In this document: one piece after another, positions 29,001 to 38,200 of the stretch
Position numbering within the stretch: the first letter of the stretch is position 1
How the letters are laid out: every line of letters begins with the position of its first letter
Assembly: GCA_029977385.1 (NCBI GenBank)
Contig: JAPOKZ010000003.1
Location: 1 to 58,553 of the forward strand
Length of the DNA stretch: 58,553 nucleotides
Reading direction: 5' to 3'
Source of the DNA: Methanobacteriota archaeon
GTDB taxonomy: Archaea > Thermoplasmatota > Poseidoniia > Poseidoniales > Thalassarchaeaceae
Program-made: the position numbers and the translations under genes
Notes under the pieces: model-generated
What the model saw: only the letters and a program-made list of their open reading frames with translations
The model's database searches: none
Told to the model about the DNA's origin: nothing

Positions 29001-31698
29001 CATCCCCGATCCATCTCCTATGCTTAATCTCCCAACCATCCGGCATCCCATCGCCATCCGAATCTGGATTGGTAGGGTCTGTAGGCAAATCGCTCCCCCC
29101 GCTGGATCCTGTGCCGGTCCATCCCCCTCTGTGGACATCTGATGCAGATTGTCCCAGGACAGGGTCGCAGAGATACTGTTGATTTAGGTAATGACATTCG
29201 AAATTAGTTGGTTCTAGGAACCACCCCCAGTATTCCTCGCCATCGGTTAGGCCGTCTCCATCGGTATCAGAAACTCTTGGATCGGTACCATTGTGTCCGT
29301 ATTCAGAGGGAGAAGTAAAGCGATACTCTTCCAAATTGCTCCAGTATCGGTCAAACCCAAAACCGGTTCCGGTTCCAATAGAAACTCCATCTGCGTCATT
29401 ATCTCTTAAGCCATCGAATGGGTCTGTTGGATCAAGTCCGTAAGCAAATTCCCATCCATCAGGCATCCCATCCAGATCGGAGTCGTGAGAGTGGGGGTCC
29501 ATGGGGGCTATATTCATGAATCTGCCAGGAGATATTCCCGCGAATATCCACATCTCCCCATCCCTCTGAAGTGATGCAATAGTGGTTACAAGGCCCGGGA
29601 TATCAGTTTGATTCTGCATAATTCCAAGTATTCCGTCCGAATCGCCCTCTAAGCACCAAGTCCCATCCATTGAACCGAGCACTAACATGCCATCGATGGG
29701 CAATATAGCTCTAACATCGTTTGATCCCGATAGTAGACCGTCCAGATTGAGCATCCTCTGATTACTAATTGACTCTCTTGGTTGAGAGATGAATAGGTCC
29801 ATTGTAATCTGATGAAGTCCTCCGCCCATACCTAGCCAAACGTCATCTGAGCCACTGCTTGACTCTTCTACAAGTATTGTGTTCACGACTGCAGTCTTTC
29901 TTGAATCGAGTATGTCGGGATTAACGAATTCATCGGCATTGTTGGAAGTAAATACCCACCATGGGCTGCCAACATCTTCTGAGGCATCTGTTGAATTCCA
30001 GCCAATTAATCCAAAGTCGGTACCGACTAGGAGAATGGGCGTCCTACCAAAGATCTTAGCCTGGGCGACTGATTTTACAGTTGCCTTAGCATCTTCAAGA
30101 AGGGAAAAGAGAGGCTCTACTTCCGAGATCTCGGATTGAAAAAGTGTCGATTGTTCATCAGAGAATGTAACCTTCCAAACTCCTTTTCCTATCAGTAGAA
30201 TGCCCAAATCGATAGCCTCCGATTCTAATGGGAAAATTACTGATACCTCCCCAATCTCGTTTGTAATCATTGACTCCATGACGGGAATTCCATTTTCCAT
30301 GATTATTGAGTGGAAGCCTATGTTTGAACCGAGTAATAGGAAATCGAGACCACCTACTGAATTTCTCTCCATGACATTAATCTCAACTCCAGAGGGAATT
30401 TCGAATGATGAGGAGATTCCCCTGAACGGATCAAGGACTGTGATGCCATATTTACTCCCAATTATCAGCCTCTCTCTGGGTTGATCTGGTATAATACTGT
30501 GAACAGAAGAGTCGGTTAGTCTTATTGCAGTAGAGTGATCGAAACTAAGCGTGTTACCATTATCCGCAAATATCTCGAATCCCCTCACACCGGGAACTAC
30601 ACTTGCCCTATCATCGAAGTCCACCATGTACTCTTCGTAGTTGCTAAATGACTCCCCCCACCGAGAGGTATCGATTGTAACATCCTGAGTTACGAATCCG
30701 TCTCCATCAACGTCCCAACCATCAAAGTCTGAGTCGATAGTAGCATCACTAGCATTCAATGGATCTAGGCCATATTGGGCCTCCCATCCATCAGGAATAC
30801 CATCGCCTATTACCTCTAATTTGGACGGAGATAGTTCGTCCCAGAAGAAATAGTCGGAGTCTGAGAATCTGGGGTCGCTACCCATCCATCCGGATTCACC
30901 CGTTGGTCTCTCAATTTGGTCTTGGCAAGAGTCTGCAGTAAGGCCTTCTATTTGCCCCCAACACCACAATCCGTCTCTTTCAGTAATCCAGTCATCGGGC
31001 GTTCCAAACAAGTATTCCTCGACGTTGGTGAACATTTCGCCTACATCTATTACTCCATCACTATTGAAGTCGAATCCATCACCGCACCCCCAACTAAAGT
31101 CAGCTTCACATCTATCGAAATCGATGTTTATGTCACTTGGATCTAGAGGGTCAAAATAGCGACATTCCCAGAAATTGTTTGGATTCAGTGGATCGTTTGG
31201 GTCCTTTTTGTAGAGTCCTCCCAAAGTACACATGTGTACTTCATAGCCATCGGGAAGTCCATCTCCGTCGGTATCAGACAGTCTTGGATCCAAGTATTCC
31301 CTTAGTCCTGATTCGGTTTGTTCGGGTGGTTTTCCTGTTAGAGTGCTCCTCTCCTCGAAGCAATTGTCCAATGTGTAAGGCCAGCAGTATTCTTGCAATG
31401 CAGTCAGGCCGTCCCTATCATAATCGGTTGAGTTGTCTGTAGAGTCAGAAGGATTCAGACCAGATATGGACATCTTCGTTCCAGACAAATCAATCTCAAT
31501 CGATTCGCCGAAGATTACCTCATACAGATCTGGAACCAAGTCTCCATCTTGATCTGTAACCGGCGAATCTGTCCCATCAGCCTCATTGGGATCGGTGGAT
31601 GAAACCGGGGACTGTGGTCTTGTTTGAGAAACAAAAGCTAGGCTAGAAAAAATTAGCACGGAAATTAGCAATGCTGTCTGCTTCCTACGCATTCGCAC
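25984..31698 (-). CDS. giant secreted protein with ~20 thrombospondin-type-3 (DxDxDGxxDxxE) Ca-binding repeats flanking a propeller-like core
   Basis: Signal peptide MRRKQTALLISVLIFSSLAFVSQT (GTG at 31698 or ATG at 31692). Motifs such as DTDGDGLPDGYE, DSDGDGMPDGWE and DTDRDGMVDGYE are repeated along the protein. Residues ~370-725 lack them and show short repeated strands (GITVLDP, GFHSIIMENG, GVWKVTFSD, GLIGWNSTD, GGLHQITMD, GTWCLEGD). There is no C-terminal TM. Confidence 0.9.
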   Translation of the reverse strand: MRMRRKQTALLISVLIFSSLAFVSQTRPQSPVSSTDPNEADGTDSPVTDQDGDLVPDLYEVIFGESIEIDLSGTKMSISGLNPSDSTDNSTDYDRDGLTALQEYCWPYTLDNCFEERSTLTGKPPEQTESGLREYLDPRLSDTDGDGLPDGYEVHMCTLGGLYKKDPNDPLNPNNFWECRYFDPLDPSDINIDFDRCEADFSWGCGDGFDFNSDGVIDVGEMFTNVEEYLFGTPDDWITERDGLWCWGQIEGLTADSCQDQIERPTGESGWMGSDPRFSDSDYFFWDELSPSKLEVIGDGIPDGWEAQYGLDPLNASDATIDSDFDGWDVDGDGFVTQDVTIDTSRWGESFSNYEEYMVDFDDRASVVPGVRGFEIFADNGNTLSFDHSTAIRLTDSSVHSIIPDQPRERLIIGSKYGITVLDPFRGISSSFEIPSGVEINVMERNSVGGLDFLLLGSNIGFHSIIMENGIPVMESMITNEIGEVSVIFPLESEAIDLGILLIGKGVWKVTFSDEQSTLFQSEISEVEPLFSLLEDAKATVKSVAQAKIFGRTPILLVGTDFGLIGWNSTDASEDVGSPWWVFTSNNADEFVNPDILDSRKTAVVNTILVEESSSGSDDVWLGMGGGLHQITMDLFISQPRESISNQRMLNLDGLLSGSNDVRAILPIDGMLVLGSMDGTWCLEGDSDGILGIMQNQTDIPGLVTTIASLQRDGEMWIFAGISPGRFMNIAPMDPHSHDSDLDGMPDGWEFAYGLDPTDPFDGLRDNDADGVSIGTGTGFGFDRYWSNLEEYRFTSPSEYGHNGTDPRVSDTDGDGLTDGEEYWGWFLEPTNFECHYLNQQYLCDPVLGQSASDVHRGGWTGTGSSGGSDLPTDPTNPDSDGDGMPDGWEIKHRRWIGDVYTGGNDWTLDPNNPDDANEDADGDGLTNLCEYEWERLRERSLLTGIQSHGESPESVSNWTPTNPNQVDSDGDSLPDGWEARYSCNWPSSSSGINPMNGSDALKNPDGDGFDVNKNGVIDADEAFVNWLEYHMKSEILLHDSTHSGLEYPENFTSSLPHHSWQGLANEAFGERTGEYYLSLWVGLPTEDIGSADPLNSDSDNDGMPDGWEIYHARWGLFDDDWTLNPVNGGDGLGDPDLDGMSNWEEYNSIDSEISESDPTISSPQFYLTDAAGALVETPWIGAESSQSFGHFLTEEQSRLTGTSSDPNNPDTDGDGLLDGIEVVFTTWNSTDSVWTLNPLVPNQGGYDSDGDGVGDLVELNLTSNLPINGETYPLGVPTFGDEAREIDNLAFENRVFRILFSKEGRAELGMDQYFEWKSGMPAKPMLQAIFGITDPKDPDTDRDGMVDGYEYWFSEWDLEENKWSMNPLTDTDVDFDSDDDSFDCNGDGEISDSESFDNLAEFDSRWYGKRLEIGNVPNGTNTVSYGRDAVNAFIEEEGLSNSSAWDRLYSIFSTKSLKSSEKMGLINQEDPDNFNRSMIGISDPTDSDSDGDGMPDGWEYCYSVYSEILPVNSLRWSLNPLNPLDVDYDPDADGWLDRDILDTPAIQGVWEDRVFSPFSDDQQFSNGANSLYFTNIMEYRNGTGPLDPDSDSDSVLMTPVFVDGVVVDYRQDMSLSDGREIFKYGTNPLDNDTDGDMMPDFYEFHRGWNETNDNWSSFLKIQVQWIEVTPQNWKPIQFSDGQITRPQLEWTWFTHDATDPSDATQDADNDGEWDCSGSICDYVPYNNFQEYYAVVNATLSSPSIVRATALFDCSGDDVEEWWQLRETLLGTCSGSNSADSNYLRVNRINDEDMLYALIIDDNDISYQDVNSSNDLIMVNGAWTDEYNRIAGDRFHLPNIGLGEYSYGWWALDIDGDSIADGTDPTNWDTDGDWLNDFFEIDDDLLDGIRGNSGSPIRYDDRTS

Positions 31699-31862
31699 AC
31701 CCTTGTGTAAATCCCGACTTCAGAGATTTATCATGGTGATGGAGCGTCGTTCGGACATATCATGATCCGAGACATGGAGAAATGTGCCATGTGAAGAAAC
31801 CATGAATATCCTGTGACTACGATGGATTTGTTCAAAGGGCGTCGCGAGGCAGGGGGTTAATT

Positions 31863-32666
31863 ATGGGCATTGGCATTACTCACCTCGGTTCTGGTAGTCG
31901 CGGAAATGCCACCTTAATTTCATCTGGAGAGCACAATGTACTAGTTGATTGTGGATTCAGTCTAAGACAGACTGAGAAAAGGCTCAAGATAGCAGGATTT
32001 AATCCAGATTCAATTGATTCGATAGTAGTGACTCACCATCATAAGGATCATTCAGCATCTGCACTAAATGCTTCGAAAAAATGGTCCTCAAATCTGTACT
32101 GCAACGGTGGAACCGCCTCTAGGATGGGGCTATTAGAAAGCGAATTCAGAGAATTCGGGATTCTGGAGAGGATTCAATTTTCCCCCGAACTAAGTATGCT
32201 AGCCATACCTGTGCCCCATGATGATGCGGATAATGTAGCATTGGTTGCTAGCGATGGAAATGGAGAGAGGGCCGCAATTGTAACTGATTTAGGAGAGGCT
32301 CCAGACGACCTAGTGAAGCACCTCTCGGGATGTAACCATATTTCCATAGAGGCTAACTACGATCATGCGAGGCTTATGTCAGGGCCTTATCCTGACTCTC
32401 TAAAGAGGAGAATCTCCGGAAGGGGGGGGCATCTTTCCAATAGCCAGGCTGGAGAGGTTCTTCTTCGATCTATGAGCAAGGGCCTGAGGAGCATTGTTCT
32501 TTGTCACCTCTCGGAGAGTAATAACGCACCTCACTTGGCAGAAAGTGAGGTGCTTCTAGCAATAGGAGACGAGTTTGAAGGAAATATCTCTATCTCAAAA
32601 CAACTAGGACCTGAATTCAGTTACTGGACAGGGCAGGCAGAGCCTAGTGAAATACTGGCTTCGTGA
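31863..32666 (+). CDS. metallo-beta-lactamase-fold hydrolase (YycJ/PhnP-like)
   Basis: HxHxDH motif (VVTHHHKDHS), then PVPHDD, TDLGE and GHLSN motifs. SD-like GGGGGT lies 7 nt upstream of the ATG. Confidence 0.85.
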   Translation: MGIGITHLGSGSRGNATLISSGEHNVLVDCGFSLRQTEKRLKIAGFNPDSIDSIVVTHHHKDHSASALNASKKWSSNLYCNGGTASRMGLLESEFREFGILERIQFSPELSMLAIPVPHDDADNVALVASDGNGERAAIVTDLGEAPDDLVKHLSGCNHISIEANYDHARLMSGPYPDSLKRRISGRGGHLSNSQAGEVLLRSMSKGLRSIVLCHLSESNNAPHLAESEVLLAIGDEFEGNISISKQLGPEFSYWTGQAEPSEILAS

Positions 32667-35195
32667 CTATCGCCCCATTACAGCTCTGTGGACTGAGTTC
32701 TGGACTTCCTTCATCCTTCCAACAGCCCCCAGCTCCCTGAATAGAGAGAGCGATCTCTGAAGATAATTCATCCTCTGTGAACGATCGGTTTCTACCTCAC
32801 CGAGTCTTGCTAGCAGCTCTCCCTGTAGCATCCTAAAGTCGTTTGATTCCGCTACAGCTAGACCGTTGAGGTAGTGCTCGGCCGCTTCCTCCCTTCTACC
32901 CGCATCAATCAAAACCTGACCAAGGAGCATCTCAACTTCCACCGTACTCTGAGGATCATTTTGATCGGAAAGGGTATCCAGTGCTCCAGAGTAGTGGAGG
33001 AGTGCTAGGTCATTGTCAGAAATTTTTGCGTAGTATCTACCGAGGACGGCTCTTGATCTGGCGTGTAGGAAATCCTGATTGGAGTCCTTAGTGTTCTCAT
33101 AGGCAAAAAGAGCGTGTTCCCTGGCCCTATCTAGTTCACCCATCTCAATAAATGCAGAGGCTAATCTAATTCTAGCCTCATTTAGTTCGGGATCTTCCTC
33201 CTTTTCCAGCAGATCTTCGACGTTCCCATAGACCTCGAGCGCTCTTCGGGAGTCCCTCCTCCTTCGGAAAATATGACCCATGTTGTTGTAAGTCCTAGCA
33301 GCACCTACGGCATCCCTAATCTCAATCTGAATCTTGAGGGCGTTTCGATGCAGCTCTAGAGCATCGTCCATTGCCCCTCTCTTTACTGCTATGTCTGCTC
33401 TGGCTGATAGAAGTCGAGCTAGTTCAGAGCTTGGCTTGGTAGTGCCGATATGCTTCGTTGCAACGTCATATTGCTCTTCTGCTTCGTCCCATCTACCCTG
33501 AATAGTCAGTATGTCTCCCTTGAGTTCTCTGATTAGTCCTCTACTCTTTGAATCAAAATCGCTACTTTCCAGAGAGTTGAGGATTGAGAGAAGTTCGGTG
33601 TGTCCAGAACTTACTAGACCGTGCCCCTCTGTAATCAATACCTCTGCTAGTCCTTCTTCATCCCCTGTCTGGCTCAGGTGGTGAATGAACTCTATCCTGT
33701 CTGTAGCGTCGTCCATTTTCCCCCTATACCATTTCACTGCTGCAGTATGGAGGTCGGTTTTCATTTCATAGTCCATAGATCTTAGTAAGAACTCTCGTAC
33801 TAGGTCGTGAACATCGAAATTTTCTGCATCTGACTGCCTTGCCAGGCCCTTTTCGACTAATTCATCTATCAAATCGACGCTTCCCTCGATTTGATGGATC
33901 GCTTGTATGGGAACTGGTTCTCTAAAGACAGCAATCGCCCCAAGTAGACGTTTCTCAGTCCCAGAAAGTCTACTGAAAATCTCCTTTTCTACGAACGCCT
34001 CTAGTGTGGCGTGAAAGGTCTCTGCAACATTCCCCCTATTGATTAGTTCGAGAATTAGTGGATGCCCCCTGGAGAGAGAGTAAATGTGCATGAATTGGTC
34101 CGAATCCATCTTCGGCATAGCGGTGAGAATCTGTCTGCTGGACTCCTCATCTAGTCCCTGAAGAGGCATGACCAGAGTTACGATATTCCCGGCTTGATCA
34201 GATTCAGGGACTACCATCCTAAAAGACCTAGAGAACATCACGAGTCCCACGTCATTCAGAGTATGAATTCGAAGAGTCAGTTCCCTCAGAATCGAGTATA
34301 GCGTCTCATCGCCAACTTTGTGTAAGTCATCAATCACTATCAGTGAGGGAGATTCGGATAAACCATCAGAAATTAGATTCACTGCCAAACTAGTTTGGGG
34401 GACGGGAGTCGAAGACAGATAGTCTGAAAGATCGTTATTTCCAACTGCTGATAGCCATTCGGCACATGCTTCAAGAAATGCCCTAGAGCCCTCCCAGTCC
34501 TGACACCTATGGTAAAGGAGGTTTCTTCGGTGCGTAAATCGATCAAGAATCTTGGTTGATAGCGATGTCTTGCCGATCCCTGCAATCCCTGGAACCAAGA
34601 TTGACGCTGACTTAGCTTCGAGAAGATTTGCCATCACGTCCAATTCTTTCTCTCTACCGTAGAATCTCCTCGTCCTGGGTAAATCATTTAGATAGGAGAC
34701 AAGTTGCTTCTCGATATGCTTGGAAAGGTCCCTCTCAACCAAATCTGACGAAAGTCCCGAAAGGTCAATTGTTCCTGAATCGTCCATGTATCGAAGCATG
34801 TCTACATGTCTAAGTGGTAGTTCTGACGACTCAATAGCCTGTGCCAGAGTTGTTGATTCAGAGCGGCCATCTGAATGAATGACCATGACGTTGTTCTCAG
34901 AAATCCTAGACCAGATTTCATCTGCAACCTTGGCACCCTCGTCCGTTAGGAAGTAGGCTTTCCTCTTCCTGGAGACGCCAGTGACATGGGCCTGCCGTTC
35001 CACCAGATGACCGGCCTCTTTCATTCCAGATATCGCCCTCGGAACATTTGATCTGGCGATTGAGACAGCGTTTGCAATACCCATCTGAGAAAGAGCGAAT
35101 GGGACCTCGACTTTATCGGTGTGATCCACATAGTCACTTAGGTGTAGGAATATCCTTTCCTGCACCCCGGGTCGTGAAGAAGTGCCACCTGTCAT
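32667..35195 (-). CDS. wHTH - P-loop NTPase - TPR regulator (STAND/AAA_16-like)
   Basis: N-terminal winged-helix-like segment (LSQMGIANAVSIARSNVPRAISGMKEAGHLVERQ). Walker A VPGIAGIGKTSL (GKT at 34566-34574) and Walker B LIVIDDLH. The C-terminal ~280 aa consists of TPR-like repeats (...AARTYNNMGHIF..., ...ALFAYENT..., ...ALLHYSGAL..., ...AAEHYLNGL...). Confidence 0.85.
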   Translation of the reverse strand: MTGGTSSRPGVQERIFLHLSDYVDHTDKVEVPFALSQMGIANAVSIARSNVPRAISGMKEAGHLVERQAHVTGVSRKRKAYFLTDEGAKVADEIWSRISENNVMVIHSDGRSESTTLAQAIESSELPLRHVDMLRYMDDSGTIDLSGLSSDLVERDLSKHIEKQLVSYLNDLPRTRRFYGREKELDVMANLLEAKSASILVPGIAGIGKTSLSTKILDRFTHRRNLLYHRCQDWEGSRAFLEACAEWLSAVGNNDLSDYLSSTPVPQTSLAVNLISDGLSESPSLIVIDDLHKVGDETLYSILRELTLRIHTLNDVGLVMFSRSFRMVVPESDQAGNIVTLVMPLQGLDEESSRQILTAMPKMDSDQFMHIYSLSRGHPLILELINRGNVAETFHATLEAFVEKEIFSRLSGTEKRLLGAIAVFREPVPIQAIHQIEGSVDLIDELVEKGLARQSDAENFDVHDLVREFLLRSMDYEMKTDLHTAAVKWYRGKMDDATDRIEFIHHLSQTGDEEGLAEVLITEGHGLVSSGHTELLSILNSLESSDFDSKSRGLIRELKGDILTIQGRWDEAEEQYDVATKHIGTTKPSSELARLLSARADIAVKRGAMDDALELHRNALKIQIEIRDAVGAARTYNNMGHIFRRRRDSRRALEVYGNVEDLLEKEEDPELNEARIRLASAFIEMGELDRAREHALFAYENTKDSNQDFLHARSRAVLGRYYAKISDNDLALLHYSGALDTLSDQNDPQSTVEVEMLLGQVLIDAGRREEAAEHYLNGLAVAESNDFRMLQGELLARLGEVETDRSQRMNYLQRSLSLFRELGAVGRMKEVQNSVHRAVMGR

Positions 35196-35249
35196 GGAAA
35201 CTCAACTCTTGGACTCACTCAATAATGTTCGGAGGACCTGTGAATCCAA

Positions 35250-38200
35250 TTATTCCTGGAAATCTGGATCGGGTATCCATTCCTCTGATTCGGAGTCCCA
35301 TAGCCAACCGGGGTGGTCTTCGTACCTTTCTAGTCCTGTTTCTTCCTCAGTAATTTCATTCGAATCTTCTCCTGACCACCATTCTTCACCTTCAGGAATT
35401 TGGGCTGGTTGCTTCACCCCCTCATCATCTTCTACCTCTATTCCGATGAATCCTGTGAAGAATGCCAGAACCAGGAGGGCCGCGAGAGTTAGCACGACTA
35501 TTCCTATGACTACGACCATGCTAGTGGAGTCTGATGTTGGTTCTCCCTTGGATATGGGGGTCACTTCTGTAGTTTGGCCGGCATATGAGAATTCAGGAAT
35601 GGAGGATTCGCCTTTGATTCTAGAGGCAGGGACTCCAAGTTCCCATGTTCCATCTTCCTGAACAACTGTGGTATTCACAGGATTTCCGCCGATTGATACT
35701 GAGACTTGCTTTCCCGGTAGTCCAATTCCAGAATATATTGCAATTCCTTCCGAATAGACCCAAGTCTGGTTGGGCTCTTGAATTGTGAATTCCAAAGGAA
35801 GTACCCGGAATGTGACTGGTAGGGAGTTAGCCTTCGAGTCCCAGGCATCTGTTGCGATGAAAATAACATTGTTTAGAGTCCATGCATCCATTTCCTCCAC
35901 ATAGAACAGCATATCTGCTGGGTCATATCGAGCTATCCCATCAGTTCCGACCCCCACAACTAGCGGATATATGTCGTCGGAGTCGATGGAGGGATCATTG
36001 TAAACTGACATGAACTGGATATCATTATCAATATCTGAGAAATATTCATTCAGATCTATCTCCACTGTTGTGCACTTATCAACCGAAATAGATTCGGTAT
36101 CACAATAGAGAACAATCTCGCTCTGCCAACCGGATTGGGAGAACTCTGGTTGATTGTTCCCGACGTTAGGGGGGTTGTCTGCGGTGATTATCACATCCAC
36201 CCAACTACTGTAGTCAATGCCATCATAAGAGCGGAATCTTAGTTGATACTCTGCATCGTGTCTAAGTTGGGTGGTATCCCAATTAATCTCCCACTCACCT
36301 TCTTCCGAAAACTCGCCTGTACTTGTTTCATGGACGGTGACGTAGTCGTTAGATACGTCTCTTACCTCTAAATCTACTCTGGTAACCCCTCCATCGAAGT
36401 CTCTGGCGACCCCACTGAGTGAAGTATCAGTTGATGAGGGAACGCGTGTCCCCGAGATAGGTTGGTTTACGCTAATCGTTGGCTGGCTGTTTCTGTTGTC
36501 AATTGTCAGAGTGAGAGTTACTGGCTGGCACTCATCTACTTCGCCTATGCAGAAGTCGGAGTCTGATGCCCAAATCGTGAATGTGTAGGTTGTCAGTTCT
36601 CTTGGCCTAGTACTGAAATCCCATTCCCAGCCCCAAGTTCCATCTTCATTTGTCTGGACTGGGCTAGTAACCTGGTAATTTGGGCCAGAAATATCCATGT
36701 ACACAAGGCCAATATCGCTATTGCAGTCTTCAGGGCAACCGTATGGGTCTTGGGCGAACCCATCGAAAATTACTGATCCCTCGTCATGTGATGAAAATGA
36801 ACTAGGGGATGTGACGAATACTGTGGGTGGTTGTGTGTTTAGTTTGATTGTCCTGGATACCACTGGGCTGTAATCTATCCCATCGAAGGCTCGGAATTCG
36901 AACGTGTAATCTCCCTCTCCCGCCATACCAGTCATGTCGATACTGTAGTACCATGAGCTGAAGGGCCTGTTGAATCGCGTTACTTTACCCTCATCTACAC
37001 CACTAGTGTCAATTGCATATTCGGCACTCTCCCATGATCCAGTAAATGGATTCCTGACCTGTACTTCGTGAACGTATCCGCCCTGGTCCCATTGTGCCCT
37101 CTCGTCTGTGGGATAGCTGTTGGCCAGAGTCCCATCGTATGCGCTTCCTGTGATATTGACTATTCTTCGGAATGAGTGGCCATCTTCCTGTGTAACTATT
37201 ACCGTCGGAGCCTGATTCTCAAGGTTAGCAGTCTCTTGTAGAGAGTTCTCTTCTAGTGTGAATTCTCCCGAGTAGTAGCCATAACCGAATCTATATGCGG
37301 TATATCTGTACAAGGAAAGTTCCCTTGTTCCTGCTGAGTAGTCGCAGCTAGGATCGGCTGTGTCCACAATCAGGTCGCCGTCATTGTCAATTCCGTCAGA
37401 GCAGGAGTCTTCGTACTCGTCATCGGCGAAGCCATCCGGATTGTCGCCGCCCCCTAGTCCTCTGAAATCAAGATGGAAGTTTGAAGGAAGTGCGATCCAG
37501 GGGGTGAATCCATCTCCTCCAGAGTTGACTCGGTACAAGTCGTTTCCGAGTGCATCCTCAACTATGACTAGGGCATCACTGACTTTTTCCCCCCCAATTA
37601 GAGTTTGGAATCTTACCAACTCGGCCCTACTCACTTGGACTGCAAAGTGTGTTGGCTGTGTAGCGATTTTCACCTTTGATAGGTCCAAGTTAGTCAGATC
37701 TGCGAAAGTGAAGACTGTGGAGTTATTATCCATGCTAACTCCCAGTGGGAAGTTCCTGGGAGTCATGTTCTGACAATTATTACAGTCCTTAACCGGAGTT
37801 GGGATAATGGCTCCTTGGAATTGATTGTCGGGCCATGCCTCCTGGTCTGGCCAAGATAGTTTTACTGGGTATTCTCCACTAGGAGGCGATGGGATATACT
37901 CGGACTGTGCTGTTACTGAGCTCTTCGTGACATTGTAAACAGATTCTGCTTGGTTCCAATCGTTCTCAGAGAAGTAGGCTAAGGAGCCGTATTGCTGTGA
38001 GTCAGCATATCCACTATCGTAATTTTTGATTACTGCTCCGGTCTTCTGGATGTCGAAAGAATTCCGTTGGATGTCCAAGAGCGAGCCCACGGCCCTAATT
38101 CCATCTGCTGTACCACTTGCGGTGATTATGTTGTCGTACATTGTCACCCCTGTCAAGTATGCATGTAAAACGGGACATGAGAACTGTCCGCCCCAATTGG

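Noticed and set aside
26635-31442. Multiple plus-strand ORFs (up to 178 aa, e.g. 28646-29182) inside the TSP3 giant. I also asked whether the periodic near-identical DNA units might be a CRISPR-like or satellite repeat array.
   Set aside because: The ORFs are Ser/Pro-rich mirror images of Asp/Gly-rich codons. The DNA repeats are in-frame coding units for DSDGDGMPDGWE-type motifs. Their spacing is irregular and they have no unique spacers, so this is not a CRISPR array.
31863-35195. The MBL-fold hydrolase plus the STAND-like NTPase as a possible two-gene antiviral defence system.
   Set aside because: The genes are convergent with abutting stops, so they are not co-transcribed. The NTPase carries a wHTH rather than a nuclease, protease or TIR-type effector. 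No other defence hallmarks lie nearby. A regulator plus a housekeeping hydrolase is the simpler reading.
35182-35661. Plus-strand 159-aa ORF spanning the gap between the STAND and beta-helix genes.
   Set aside because: It overlaps both confident minus-strand CDSs. The product is Ser/Pro-rich and low-complexity.
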